A DNA stretch of 64,000 nt from Bacillota bacterium (lineage in GTDB: Bacteria; Bacillota; Sulfobacillia; JAJZYS01; JAILZS01), in NCBI GenBank assembly GCA_023512375.1, contig JAILZS010000004.1:18036-82035 (forward strand). Direction: 5' to 3'. The notes beneath the pieces were generated by a model. The model made no database searches. It was not told where the DNA came from and worked only from the letters and a program-made list of their open reading frames with translations. Both the position numbers and the translations under genes were made by a program. Position 1 is the first letter of the stretch; each line of letters begins with the position of its first letter. Of this stretch, positions 26,768-36,605 are shown one piece after another.

Positions 26768-27685
26768 ATGGCCGCCCTCGTCCGCCCCGACCCTCGGCGG
26801 CGCGCCCGTCTCGCCGACGCCCCGCTGGCGCGCGACCTCCTCGGCCTGGCCCGAGACCTAAGCCCGTTGGGGCGATGGGTCGCCGTCGCCTGCGCTGCCT
26901 TCCTTCTCCTCGTCGTCCTGGCCGCCGTGCTGGCGCCTTGGCTCTCGCCCTACCCGGCCCAGGGCGCGGGCCAGTCCGACATGCTCACCCTGCTCCAACC
27001 CCCCTCGCCTGCGCACCTCCTGGGCACGGACGACGAGGGGAGGGACATCCTCAGCCGTCTCCTGTACGGGGCGCGGCCGTCGCTCGTGGCTGCCTTCGTC
27101 GTGGTGGCCACGGCCATCGTCCTGGGTTCGCTCGTGGGCGCCGCTGCGGGCTACCTGGGCGGCGCGGTGGAGCAGGTCCTCATGCGCATCACCGACTTCT
27201 TCCTGGCTTTCCCCTCCCTCCTCCTGGCGATCGTCATCGCCACCATCATCGGCCCCAGCCTTCAGAACGTCATCGTTTCCCTCGCCGTCACCTGGTGGCC
27301 GTGGTATGCCCGCCTCGTGCACGCGCAGGCGGGCACCCTGCGCCAGGCGGCCTTCGTGCGCTCGGCCCGGCTCTCCGGCGTGCGCGGCCTCGCCATGCTC
27401 GTACGCCACATCATCCCCAACGCCCTGACGCCGGTGGTCGTGCAAGGGACGAGCGACCTGGGCAGCGTGATCATCTCCGCCGCCGGCCTGAGCTACCTCG
27501 GGCTCGGGACGCAGCCCCCGCAGGCGGACTGGGGCTCGATGGTGAGCCAAGGACAGCAGTACATCCTGGCGCAGTGGTGGTACGTGACCTTCCCCGGCTT
27601 GGCCATCCTGCTTACCGCCATGGCCTTCAACCTCCTCGGCGACGCGTTCCGCGACCTCACCGACCCATCGGTGCGCCGAACCTGA
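26768..27685 (+). CDS. ABC transporter permease (DppC/OppC-like)
   Basis: The last 305 codons of ORF 25565..27685 read ..HLLGTDDEGRDILSRLLYGARPSL..FVRSARLSGVRGLAMLVRHIIPNALTPVV.. This is an unusual order (B-D-F-C) but an intact gene. Confidence 0.9.
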   Translation: MAALVRPDPRRRARLADAPLARDLLGLARDLSPLGRWVAVACAAFLLLVVLAAVLAPWLSPYPAQGAGQSDMLTLLQPPSPAHLLGTDDEGRDILSRLLYGARPSLVAAFVVVATAIVLGSLVGAAAGYLGGAVEQVLMRITDFFLAFPSLLLAIVIATIIGPSLQNVIVSLAVTWWPWYARLVHAQAGTLRQAAFVRSARLSGVRGLAMLVRHIIPNALTPVVVQGTSDLGSVIISAAGLSYLGLGTQPPQADWGSMVSQGQQYILAQWWYVTFPGLAILLTAMAFNLLGDAFRDLTDPSVRRT

Positions 27686-28685
27686 GCGCCGGCGGGCGGG
27701 CCGCTGTCCCGCAGGGCGCGGTCGGGGCGCGGGCGAGCGAAGGGGGAGGGAGGGGCCTGCGCCGGCGCTGCGGCTCGTCCCCTTCCCCCTGAGCAGAGGC
27801 CACCGCCGCCAGGACGAGGACGGCCCCGGCGATGCCGGAGGGTGTGAGACGTTCGCCCGTCAAGAGGACGCCGAACGCCAGGGCGGCCACGCCGTCCACG
27901 GAGGTGAGGAGGGCGAAGCGCGTGGGACCGCCCTGGCGTTGCGCCACGCTCTGGACGGCGAAGCCGGCCAGGGTGCCGACGAGGACCTCGTACGCCAGCG
28001 CCGCCCCCAGGAGCGCCGGCGCCGGGCCGGCAGGGAAATGGGCGCCCGAAAGCGCGGCCCAGCCCAGGGCGGCGACACCGCCGCCGCCGAGGGCGAAGGC
28101 CGCCACGCCGAGGGCGTCCTCCTCCGGCGCGACGCGATCGAGGGCAACGGCGTACAGGCTGTAGAGGGTGGCACCCGCCAGGCAGAGAAGGCCGCCGCCC
28201 CACGCGCCGGCGCCGCCGCCTCCTGCCAGGGCGCCCGCGCCGGCGGTCGCGAGCACCACCGCCGCTGCCGTGCGCCGCCGCGGCCGCACGCCGTGGAGAG
28301 CATACGCGAGCAGGGGCGTGAGCACGACCGCCAGGTCGGTGAGAAGACCGCTCACGCCCGGCGACGTGGCACGGAGCCCCACGCACTGCAGGACCGTGGC
28401 GGCCGCCAGCACGAGGCCGAGGGCGACGCTCGGCGCGATCGCCCTGCGGCGCACGGGCACGCGCGCAACAAGGAGCCACGCCGCGAGCAGGATACCCGCT
28501 GCGGTGAACGTGATGCCCACGTAGAGGGCGGGACCGAGGTACGCGATGAGGAACTTCCCTACCGTGAACGACAAGCCCCAGGCCACCCCGACGGCCAGGG
28601 ACAGGATGTCGGCCGTGCGCCGGCCGACCTGCGCGATGTTACCCCCGATACATGCGGTGAAGCCTCCCCTTCTTCGCCCCTCCAT
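27657..28685 (-). CDS. DMT-superfamily (EamA-like) transporter
   Basis: 342-aa ORF with about 10 hydrophobic segments and two EamA-like halves (..WGLSFTVGKFLI.. / ..YEVLVGTLAGFAVQSVAQRQ..). Start uncertain. Confidence 0.75.
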   Translation of the reverse strand: MEGRRRGGFTACIGGNIAQVGRRTADILSLAVGVAWGLSFTVGKFLIAYLGPALYVGITFTAAGILLAAWLLVARVPVRRRAIAPSVALGLVLAAATVLQCVGLRATSPGVSGLLTDLAVVLTPLLAYALHGVRPRRRTAAAVVLATAGAGALAGGGGAGAWGGGLLCLAGATLYSLYAVALDRVAPEEDALGVAAFALGGGGVAALGWAALSGAHFPAGPAPALLGAALAYEVLVGTLAGFAVQSVAQRQGGPTRFALLTSVDGVAALAFGVLLTGERLTPSGIAGAVLVLAAVASAQGEGDEPQRRRRPLPPPSLARAPTAPCGTAARPPALRFGAPMGR

Positions 28686-28889
28686 GGTACGCCGCGCCCG
28701 AGCGGGCGGTCGACGGCGCCCGCGTGGGGTGGAGAGGCGCGGTCAGGGGGCGGCCGGAGCCGGCGTGCCGCCGCGTGCATCCACGGCCAGGGCATGGCGT
28801 CCGTGGCGCCCGGACGCGCGCGGACGGGGTCGACCGCATGCCCGCACCTTGCCATGCCGTCGCCTTCGCCGCCGGGGAGGTCCGTTGTT

Positions 28890-30179
28890 GTGAGCCGCGG
28901 GGGACCGCCGGACGGCCGCACGTACTGGAAGGCGAGCGCAACCGCCTGGTCCCTGCCGCCCGCCGAGGCGCCCCGCCGCGCCGACGTGGCGGTGGTGGGT
29001 GCCGGTTTCACGGGCCTTTCCGCCGCGTACCACCTCGCCCTGGCGGGGGCGTCGGTGGCGGTGTTCGAGGCGGGGGAAGTGGGGGAGGGGGCGAGCGGCC
29101 GAAACGGCGGGCAGGTCCTCCCGGGCTACGACCGCGACTACCCCGAGCTGGTGGAGCGGCTGGGCCTCGCCCGCGCCCAGGCCATGTGGCGGCTGTCGCT
29201 CTCCGCCATCGAACGCATGGAGGCGATCATGGCGCGCGAGGGCATCGAGTGCGGGTGGGAGGCGTACGGCCACCTGGAGGCGGCGACCACGGCCGCCCAG
29301 CGCGACGCCCTGGCGCGCGCCGGCGACGCCCTGGCGCGCGACCTCCAGCACCCCACCCGCCTGTTGGGGCCGGCGGAGATGGAGGCGGCGGTCGGTTCGC
29401 CCTTCTATATCGCCGGGCTCGAGTTCCCGGCCGCTCGCGCCTTCCACCCCCTGCTCTACGCTCGAGGGTTGGCGGCAGCGGCCGCGCGCAGGGGGGCGGT
29501 CATCCTGCAGGGTAGGCGGGTCACGGCGGTGCATCGGCGGGACGGGGGGTACGCCGTGGCGTGGGGCGAGGGGCGGACGTCGTGCCGAGAGGTGATCGTG
29601 GCGACCAACGCCTACGTGCCGCCCTTCGCGCCCTGGCTGCGCCGCCGCATCTTGCCCGTGACCAGCACCGTCGTGGCGACGGCGCCTCTGGCTCCCGGGT
29701 ACGCAGCCCGCATCCTGCCCGGGCGGCAGACGCTCTCCGACCTGAAGACGCCCATGTACTACTTCCGGGTCACGGCCGACGCTCGCCTCGTGTTCGGCGG
29801 CGGCACGGGCGAGGAGGGGCGCTCGCTGGTGCGCGTCTTCCCCTACCTCGAGGGGACGCGGATCGACTACCGCTGGCATGGGCGGGTAGCTGTTTCGGCC
29901 GACTGGCTGCCCCACATCGGCCGCACGCCCGAGGGGTGGCTTTACGCCGCGGGCTACACCGGCCACGGCGCCGCCTTTTCCACGGAGGCGGGCGCCATGC
30001 TCGCCGCGCTGGCCTTGGGGGAGGGTACGGACGATACCGCCACCTTGGGGCCGTTCGCCGCCTTGCCCTTCCCCCCCATGGCCCTCCTCGGCCAGCATGG
30101 GCGGGTGGCCCGCATGGTGCGCGCCTACCTGCGCCTGCGCGAGCGCCTGGCGGCGTATGCGCACCGTCCAGGAGGATGA
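28890..30179 (+). CDS. FAD-dependent oxidoreductase (DAO family, gamma-glutamylputrescine-oxidase-like)
   Basis: ..ADVAVVGAGFTGLSAAYHLALAGASVAVFEAGEVGEGASGRNGG (dinucleotide fold)..GYTGHGAAFS.. GTG 28890 follows GGGGAGG. The ORF is open from 27939, but the upstream part is antisense to the DMT gene. Confidence 0.8.
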   Translation: MSRGGPPDGRTYWKASATAWSLPPAEAPRRADVAVVGAGFTGLSAAYHLALAGASVAVFEAGEVGEGASGRNGGQVLPGYDRDYPELVERLGLARAQAMWRLSLSAIERMEAIMAREGIECGWEAYGHLEAATTAAQRDALARAGDALARDLQHPTRLLGPAEMEAAVGSPFYIAGLEFPAARAFHPLLYARGLAAAAARRGAVILQGRRVTAVHRRDGGYAVAWGEGRTSCREVIVATNAYVPPFAPWLRRRILPVTSTVVATAPLAPGYAARILPGRQTLSDLKTPMYYFRVTADARLVFGGGTGEEGRSLVRVFPYLEGTRIDYRWHGRVAVSADWLPHIGRTPEGWLYAAGYTGHGAAFSTEAGAMLAALALGEGTDDTATLGPFAALPFPPMALLGQHGRVARMVRAYLRLRERLAAYAHRPGG

Positions 30180-30363
30180 GGGCCCGGAGGCGACGTTGGA
30201 GGAGGAGTCGGGAGCGAGGCGGCGAACCCTCCGCCAGTTGCAAAGGGGACGCCCTCTCGCGTCCCCCGATCCCGGGGAGGTCGGTACGCGTCGGGACGGC
30301 GGAGGCCGTCGGCGCGGCACCGGCCTTCGCCGCTTGGTTCGGGGAGCGAAGGGAGGGCGTATC

Positions 30364-31731
30364 ATGCGACGGTGCGACGCCTCCGCGGTGCTCGAGGAGA
30401 CCGCCCGCATCCTGTCCTACGTCGAGGGCGGGCGACTGCAACCCGACGAGGCCGAGCGCCTTACGCGCGAGGCGGCCGAGCTGTACGAGGCGCACGTGAA
30501 CCGTGCCATGCTCGAGCATCGCAAGTGGGCATCGAGCGACTTCCGCGTGGCCGAGTGGGAGGACGGCGGCGCCGTGTTCTATGACACGCGCGGCCGTCGC
30601 TATCTCGACTGCTTGGGGGGCTACGGCATCTACACCTTGGGCCACCGCCATCCGCGGGTGGTGGAGGCGGTCCGCCGCCAACTCGACAAGCAGGCCCTGC
30701 ACAGCCAAGAGCTCATCGACCCCCTGCGCGCCTACCTCGCGTACCTCCTGGCCATGGTCGCGCCCGGCGACCTCGCGTACGCCTACTTCACGAACAGCGG
30801 CGCGGAGACCGTGGAGATGGCGATCAAGCTCGCCCGCCTGGCCACGGGCAGGGCGGGGATCGTGGCGGCGGTGAACGGCTTTCATGGCAAGACGATGGGA
30901 GCTCTCTCCGCCACGGGGCGAGGGACGTACCGCCAGCCGTACCTGCCCCTGGTTCCGGGCTTCTCGCACGTCCCGTTCGGCGACGCCCGCGCCATGGAGC
31001 GGCACGTGCACGGGCTCATCGCCGTGGGGGAGGCGCCGGCGGCCGTCCTCCTGGAGCCCATCCAGGGCGAGGGCGGCGTGCACGTGCCCCCCGACGATTA
31101 CCTTCCCGCCGTGCGCCGCCTGTGCGACGAGACCGGGACCCTCCTCATCCTGGACGAGATCCAGACCGGCATGGGACGCACGGGGGCGCTGTTCGCCTGC
31201 GACCACTGGGATGTGGCGCCCGACGTCCTGTGCCTGGCCAAGGCGCTCGGCGGGGGGGTGATGCCCATCGGCGCCATCGTGGCCCGGCCGCACCTGTGGA
31301 AACGCATGGAGGAGAACCCCTTCCTCCTCGGATCGTCCACCTTCGGCGGCAATCCGCTGGCCTGCGCCGCCGCCATCGCCGCCCTGGACGTCACGCTGCG
31401 CGAAGACATCCCCGGCCAGGCGCGGCAAAAGGGCGAGCGCCTGCTCGCGGGCTTGGCGGTGCTGCGCCGCCGGTATCCCGAGGTGCTGCTCGACGTACGC
31501 GGGCGGGGCCTTCTCATCGGCATGGAGTTCGCCGACGACCGGGCGGGCTACCGGGTGGCGAAGGGGCTGTTCGACCAGGGGATTTTGGTGGGCGGCACGC
31601 TGAACAACGCGCGCGTGGTGCGCATCGAGCCGCCGGCGGTGATCGGGGAGGAAGACATCGACCGCGTGCTCGAGGCGCTGGAGCGCGTGTTCGCGGCGGA
31701 GCGGGCGGGAGCGGCGCCTGCCGGGCGCTGA
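30364..31731 (+). CDS. Class-III aminotransferase (putrescine/ornithine aminotransferase-like)
   Basis: ..DCLGGYGIYTLGHRHPRVV..FTNSGAETVEMAIKLAR..FHGKTMGALS..LILDEIQTGMGRTG..DVLCLAKALGGG (PLP Lys). ATG 30364 follows AAGGGAGGG. Confidence 0.85.
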   Translation: MRRCDASAVLEETARILSYVEGGRLQPDEAERLTREAAELYEAHVNRAMLEHRKWASSDFRVAEWEDGGAVFYDTRGRRYLDCLGGYGIYTLGHRHPRVVEAVRRQLDKQALHSQELIDPLRAYLAYLLAMVAPGDLAYAYFTNSGAETVEMAIKLARLATGRAGIVAAVNGFHGKTMGALSATGRGTYRQPYLPLVPGFSHVPFGDARAMERHVHGLIAVGEAPAAVLLEPIQGEGGVHVPPDDYLPAVRRLCDETGTLLILDEIQTGMGRTGALFACDHWDVAPDVLCLAKALGGGVMPIGAIVARPHLWKRMEENPFLLGSSTFGGNPLACAAAIAALDVTLREDIPGQARQKGERLLAGLAVLRRRYPEVLLDVRGRGLLIGMEFADDRAGYRVAKGLFDQGILVGGTLNNARVVRIEPPAVIGEEDIDRVLEALERVFAAERAGAAPAGR

Positions 31732-31743
31732 CGCCCCTATACG

Positions 31744-33234
31744 TTACGCTTCGGGCGGGTCGCCCAGGACCGTGAAGTGCCAGGGCTTGACCACGTCGTC
31801 GGCGGTGTTCGACATCACGTGCTTGATGTGGGTGTATTCCTCCACGGCGTAGGCGGACAGGTCGTGCCCGATGCCGCTGTGCTTCATGCCGCCGTGCGGC
31901 ATCTCCGATACAAGCGGCAGGTGGTCGTTGATCCACACCTCGCCGAAGCGCAGTCCTGCGCTCACGCGCAGGGCGCGGGCGTGGTCGCGCGTCCACACGG
32001 AGGAGGCGAGACCGTAGCGCACGTCGTTGGCCAGGGCGAGGGCCTCGGCTTCGGAGTCGAAGGGGAGGACCACCACCGCGGGACCGAACACCTCTTCCTG
32101 CACGATCTCGCTCTCCTGGCGTGCGCCCAGAACGAGCGTGGGCGGAACGTAGAGCCCCCCTGGACTGGCGGGGGCGCCGCGGGGTTGGCGCACCTCGGCG
32201 CCCTGCGCGCGGGCGCGCGCGAGGAAGCCCGTGACGCGGTCGAACTGTTCGCGCGACACGAGGGGTCCCATGTCCGTGGCAGGGGAGAGGGGGTCGCCCA
32301 TGCGCACCTCGCCGAGCTTCGCCTCCAAGGCGGCCACGAAGGCGTCGTAGAAGGGGCGCTGTACATACACCCGGGTGGCGGCGGTGCAGTCCTGCCCGCT
32401 GTTCACCGTCGCCGCCACCGCCGCCGCCTGCACCGCCGCCGCCTGGTCGGCGTCGGCGAACACCAGCATGGGCGCCTTGCCGCCCAGCTCCAGATGGACG
32501 CGCTTGAGGCCGGCGCCCGCTGCCGCGGCCACCCTGGCCCCCGTCTCGGTGGCGCCGGTGAGCGACACCATGGCGACGTCCGGATGGGCGACGAGGCGCT
32601 CGCCTACGGCGTCGCCGCCCGCCACGACGTTGAGGACGCCAGGCGGTATCCCCGCCTCGAGGGCCAGGCGCCCCAGCTCCAGGCTGGTGAGCGGGGTCTG
32701 GGGCGCGGGCTTGAGCACCACCGTGTTGCCGGCGGCAAGGGCCGGGCCCACCTTCCACACGGCCATCATGAGGGGGTAGTTCCACGGGGCGATGGAGGCC
32801 ACGACCCCCACCGGCTCGCGCCGGATCCAGCTCGTGTGCACGCCGTCGTACTCGGCCGCGGGCCGCCCCTCCGCATGCCTGGCGGCGGCGGCGAAGAAGC
32901 GCAGGTTGTCGACGGCGAACACCAGGTCGGAGTGGCGCGCGAGCTTGATGGCCTTGCCCGTGTTCTCGCTCTCCAAGCGCGCCAGGCGCTCGGCGTCGCG
33001 TTCCACGAGGTCGGCGAGGCGCCACAGACGCAGGCTTCGTTCGCCCGGGGGGAGGCCCGACCACCGCCCGTCGGCGAAGGCCGCCCGGGCGGCGGCCACC
33101 GCCCGGTCGACGTCCTCTTCCCCCGCCTCGGGCACCTCGGCCACCACTTCGCCGCTGTAGGGGCTACGCACCTGCGCCCGACCCCCTGCGGCGGCGCCGA
33201 CCCATTCCCCGTCGATCACCAGCCCGTACGCCAT
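31744..33234 (-). CDS. NAD-dependent aldehyde dehydrogenase (aminobutyraldehyde-DH-like)
   Basis: The last 496 codons of ORF 31744..34212 read ..[30 protein letters not shown]..; LELGGKAP; ..[14 protein letters not shown] (catalytic Cys); EEVFGPV-type motif EEVFGPAV. Confidence 0.9.
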   Translation of the reverse strand: MAYGLVIDGEWVGAAAGGRAQVRSPYSGEVVAEVPEAGEEDVDRAVAAARAAFADGRWSGLPPGERSLRLWRLADLVERDAERLARLESENTGKAIKLARHSDLVFAVDNLRFFAAAARHAEGRPAAEYDGVHTSWIRREPVGVVASIAPWNYPLMMAVWKVGPALAAGNTVVLKPAPQTPLTSLELGRLALEAGIPPGVLNVVAGGDAVGERLVAHPDVAMVSLTGATETGARVAAAAGAGLKRVHLELGGKAPMLVFADADQAAAVQAAAVAATVNSGQDCTAATRVYVQRPFYDAFVAALEAKLGEVRMGDPLSPATDMGPLVSREQFDRVTGFLARARAQGAEVRQPRGAPASPGGLYVPPTLVLGARQESEIVQEEVFGPAVVVLPFDSEAEALALANDVRYGLASSVWTRDHARALRVSAGLRFGEVWINDHLPLVSEMPHGGMKHSGIGHDLSAYAVEEYTHIKHVMSNTADDVVKPWHFTVLGDPPEA

Positions 33235-33248
33235 ACGCCTTCCCTCCC

Positions 33249-34478
33249 CTAGCCGGCTCCCCCGCGCGATCTCGGCGCGAGGGGGGTGGCCGTCCTGAGC
33301 CGCGTCTCCCACACGTATACCGGCATGCCCCAGGCCGGCAGGCGCTCGATCCAGGGGTTGGGATCGAGCTGTTCCGGCACGAGTGCGCCGCGTTCGCGGA
33401 TCGTGCCGTCGGCGATCATCTCCACCGCCAGGACCGGCGGCGTGCCCGCCTGCCAGACCGTGACGTTCGCCCCCGCCAGGCGGCGCGCGTCCGCGTGGGA
33501 GGAGAGGGTGTAGATGTACTGCTCCACCTCCTGACCGTCCTTCACCCCCTTCACCCACGTGCCGACGCAGGAGTGCCCTTCGAGTTCCCCCGCCAACCTC
33601 GCCGGTTCGGGCAGGAGCGCCGCCACGACCTTGCGCGGCACCACGGGGTGGCCGTCCACGAGCACCGGCTCTTCCCGGTCGAACCCGAGCTTCTTGAGCA
33701 CCCGGAGGACGGCCACGTATTCGTCGGAGAGCGCGTACTTGAACTCGCACCGCTTGAGCTCCGGCCAGAAGAGAGGGATGGTGCCGGTCTCCTCGTGCGA
33801 CACGCTGCGCACCGTGAGCGGCCCCACCGGGCGGGGGAACTCGAACACCTCCACCCCCGTGTCCAGGGGCTCGCCCTGCACGAAACGCCCGTCGCGATAG
33901 CTGAGGGGCGGCTGCAGGCACTCCTCGATGCTGGTCTCGGGAGAGAAGGGTAGGGCGAACTCGTGCCCGCGCAGGACGGAGTTGTCGCCGTCGTACACCA
34001 CCACCTCGTCCATGCGGTCGAGGTCCTCGGATGCGTACCGGGCGAAAATGTTCGTGAGGCCGGGATCGACCCCGATCCCCAGCAGCGCGATGAGACTCCG
34101 GGCGCGGAAGCGCTCGTCGTAGCGCATCTGTTGCTGCACCGTGACCAACCCCGGCAGCTCCACAGGCCCGTCCGAGGCCATGTCCAGGTAGTGCGCGCCC
34201 GCCTCCAGGCATGCTTCCATGACCGTCAGGTTGTGGCGGGGGAGGCCGGCGTGGACCACCGCGTCGTGCCCTGCCGCCGCCCGCGCCACCTGCTCGCCGT
34301 CGCTCGCGTCCACGGCCGCCGCCGAGGCCGAGACGGTGCTGCGGATCGCCTGCACCACCTCATGGGCGCGCTCGGGCCGCACGTCGGCCACCGTGACGTG
34401 CTCCACGCCCTGCGCCCGTGCCAGACCCCTGGCGGCCACCTCGCCTACGCCGCCCGCTCCCAATACCAGGACCCGCAT
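33249..34478 (-). CDS. Saccharopine dehydrogenase family NAD(P)-binding protein
   Basis: [20 protein letters not shown].. (Rossmann)..[16 protein letters not shown]..; 409 aa, the Sacchrp_dh N+C layout. Substrate not inferable. Confidence 0.85.
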   Translation of the reverse strand: MRVLVLGAGGVGEVAARGLARAQGVEHVTVADVRPERAHEVVQAIRSTVSASAAAVDASDGEQVARAAAGHDAVVHAGLPRHNLTVMEACLEAGAHYLDMASDGPVELPGLVTVQQQMRYDERFRARSLIALLGIGVDPGLTNIFARYASEDLDRMDEVVVYDGDNSVLRGHEFALPFSPETSIEECLQPPLSYRDGRFVQGEPLDTGVEVFEFPRPVGPLTVRSVSHEETGTIPLFWPELKRCEFKYALSDEYVAVLRVLKKLGFDREEPVLVDGHPVVPRKVVAALLPEPARLAGELEGHSCVGTWVKGVKDGQEVEQYIYTLSSHADARRLAGANVTVWQAGTPPVLAVEMIADGTIRERGALVPEQLDPNPWIERLPAWGMPVYVWETRLRTATPLAPRSRGGAG

Positions 34479-34539
34479 CCTATCCTCCCTTTCATCTCAT
34501 CCGGGCCCGGGGCCGCCTCTCGCGCCCCGTCCCGCCGAC

Positions 34540-35865
34540 TCAGGCCGCCTCCCCCGCCTCCGCTAGGGCGCCGGCGAGGCGCTCGGCGAACAGCCGGGTC
34601 TCTTCGTCGCTCAGAATGAGCGGCGGCAGGAGCCGGACCACGTTGTCGTACACCCCCGCCCGCATGAGGAGCAGCCCGCGCCGGCGCGCCGCCGCCACGA
34701 CGGCGAGGGCCAGACCCGGGTTGGGTGAGCCGTCCGGGTGCACGAACTCCAGCCCGATCATGGCGCCCACACCCCGCACGTCGCCCAGGCCGGGGCAGCG
34801 CGGGCGCGCCGCCAGGGCGGCGGCGCGCAGGCGCTCGCCGATGGCGCGGGCGCGCGCCGGCAGGTCCTCCCGTTCCAGCACGTCGAGTACTGCGAGGGCG
34901 GCGGCGCAGGCCACGGGGTTGCCGGCGAAGGTGCCGCCCAGCCCGCCCGGGACCGGTGCGTCGATGATCTCTGCCCGCCCCACGACTGCCCCCAGAGGTA
35001 GGCCGCCTGCCAGGCTCTTGGCCAACAGGACGATGTCGGGCACGACGCCCATCTGCTCCACCGCGAAGAGGCTGCCGGCGCGTCCCATGCCGCATTGCAC
35101 CTCGTCTGCCACCAGGACGGCGCCGGTCTCGTCGCACAGCCGCCGCAGCCCTTGGAGGAAGGCCGGCGGCATGGGCACGAAGCCGCCCTCCCCCTGCACG
35201 GGCTCGACGATCACGGCGGCCAGGTTGTCCTCACCGATCCCCACGGCCACCTGGCGGCGGACCGCGTCCAGGCACTCCACGGCGCACGTCGTGGGCTGGC
35301 GGCCGACGGGGCAGCGGTAGCAGTAGGCGCTGGGAGCGCGGTGCACGTCGGGGGCGAACGGGGCGAAGCCCTCCTTGTACCCGTGCGCCTTGTCGGTGAG
35401 GGTGAGGGCCATGTAGGTCCGGCCGTGGAACGCCTGCTGGAAGGCCAGCACGGCGGTGCGCCGGGTGTGGGCGCGGGCGATCTTGATCGCGTTCTCCACC
35501 GCCTCGGCGCCGGTGTTCACGAGGAGCACCTTCTTGGCGAAGTCCCCCGGCGCCCGTCGGGCCAGCGCCTCGGCGAGCTCGATGTAGGGGGCGTTCCACG
35601 CCGTGTGCGCGCAAGTGTGTAGGAGCGTGCGGGCCTGGGCCTCGATCGCCGCCACCACCGCAGGATGGCCGTGGCCCACGTTCATCACCCCCAGGCCGGC
35701 CATGCCGTCCAGGTATTCGCGCCCCTCGCTGTCCCACAGCCACGCCCCCTGGGCGCGCACGATCACGAGGTCGTGCGTCGTGGCCACGCCGCGCGCCACG
35801 CTGCGCGCCCGGCGCTCGCTCCAGCCGGCGGCCTCCGCCGATCGCGGCGCCGTCCCCTGCTCCAT
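34540..35865 (-). CDS. Class-III aminotransferase (4-aminobutyrate aminotransferase-like)
   Basis: ..ARGVATTHDLVIVRAQGAWLWDSEGREYLDGMAGLGVMNVGHGHP..FHGRT..LVADEVQCGMGRAG..IVLLAKSLAGGLPLG. I chose Met18 (35865) because GAGGAGGGG precedes it and the sigma-54 motif ends at 35927. Confidence 0.85.
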   Translation of the reverse strand: MEQGTAPRSAEAAGWSERRARSVARGVATTHDLVIVRAQGAWLWDSEGREYLDGMAGLGVMNVGHGHPAVVAAIEAQARTLLHTCAHTAWNAPYIELAEALARRAPGDFAKKVLLVNTGAEAVENAIKIARAHTRRTAVLAFQQAFHGRTYMALTLTDKAHGYKEGFAPFAPDVHRAPSAYCYRCPVGRQPTTCAVECLDAVRRQVAVGIGEDNLAAVIVEPVQGEGGFVPMPPAFLQGLRRLCDETGAVLVADEVQCGMGRAGSLFAVEQMGVVPDIVLLAKSLAGGLPLGAVVGRAEIIDAPVPGGLGGTFAGNPVACAAALAVLDVLEREDLPARARAIGERLRAAALAARPRCPGLGDVRGVGAMIGLEFVHPDGSPNPGLALAVVAAARRRGLLLMRAGVYDNVVRLLPPLILSDEETRLFAERLAGALAEAGEAA

Positions 35866-35926
35866 CGGCGACCCCTCCTCGGAAGCGTCCGCCAGACATG
35901 GCGCCCCGGCTTCCATCCCCCCGGTA

Positions 35927-35942
35927 TGCGAGAATCGTGCCA
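35927..35942 (-). promoter_or_regulatory. Candidate sigma-54 (-24/-12) promoter of the gabT-like operon
   Basis: The minus strand reads CC-TGGCACGATTCTCGCA-TA, that is TGGCACG-N4-TCGCA, the same core as at 22071. It lies about 60 nt upstream of the chosen start codon. Confidence 0.65.
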
Positions 35943-36076
35943 GGAGGCTTCCCAGAGTCCGTCGGAAAGGCGCACCGGCTCCGCCCTACCCGCGGCGTAG
36001 GCGAGCCCGAGGCGCCTCACCATGAGGCACCGGGCAATCGAGCCGGGATGATGGCAGGGCGAGCCGACGGCGGGCG

Positions 36077-36562
36077 CTAGTCGAGGTGGAGGGCGCCGCG
36101 CCGCGCCTTGGCGATGTAGAGGATCTGGCCGCCGTGTTCGGACGTGTGGGCGAGCGCGCGCACCAGCGTGTCGCGCAGCGTCGCCTCCTCCCCCTGGATG
36201 GTGCGGCGGGCGTCCAGGAGGGAGGGATCCTTCTGCACGCGCTCGAGCGTTGCCCGCAGGGGGGAGAACCCCTCCCGCAGGCGCTCCAGGAGAACGGACG
36301 CAGGCGGGTGTGAGCGGTCGGCGAACTCGGCCGCGCGGTCGCGGTCGTCGGCTTCGCCGCCGAAGCCCGCCAGGAAGCGCTGGCGCAGGTTGCCCCTCAG
36401 GTGCAGCACGAGGTTGGCGATGCTGTTCGACTCCTCGTTCGGCCGCCAGCCCAGGTCCTCGGGGTCGAGAGGCGCGATCGCCGCAGTGAGCCGGCGCTCG
36501 AGTCCGTCCACCACCGCCAGCGCCGTCGCCGCCCAGCGCGCCCCTGCATCGTCGGGCATCAT
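36077..36562 (-). CDS. DinB-family (DUF1572-like) protein
   Basis: 161 aa: ..WRPNEESNSIANLVLHLRGNLRQRF..ALAHTSEHGGQILYIAK is a four-helix DinB pattern with His residues. It starts 43 nt downstream of the activator gene. Confidence 0.75.
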   Translation of the reverse strand: MMPDDAGARWAATALAVVDGLERRLTAAIAPLDPEDLGWRPNEESNSIANLVLHLRGNLRQRFLAGFGGEADDRDRAAEFADRSHPPASVLLERLREGFSPLRATLERVQKDPSLLDARRTIQGEEATLRDTLVRALAHTSEHGGQILYIAKARRGALHLD

Positions 36563-36605
36563 CTCTCTCCTCCCGTCATGCGAGTCGGTCTTCGGCAGGG
36601 TCGCC

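Noticed and set aside
30315-30331. Sigma-54-like string CGGCACCGGCCTTCGCC upstream of the putrescine-type aminotransferase
   Set aside because: It has CGGCAC instead of TGGCAC, and the GC of the -12 element is displaced by one position (TTCGC). It is too weak to call, although co-regulation with the island would make sense.
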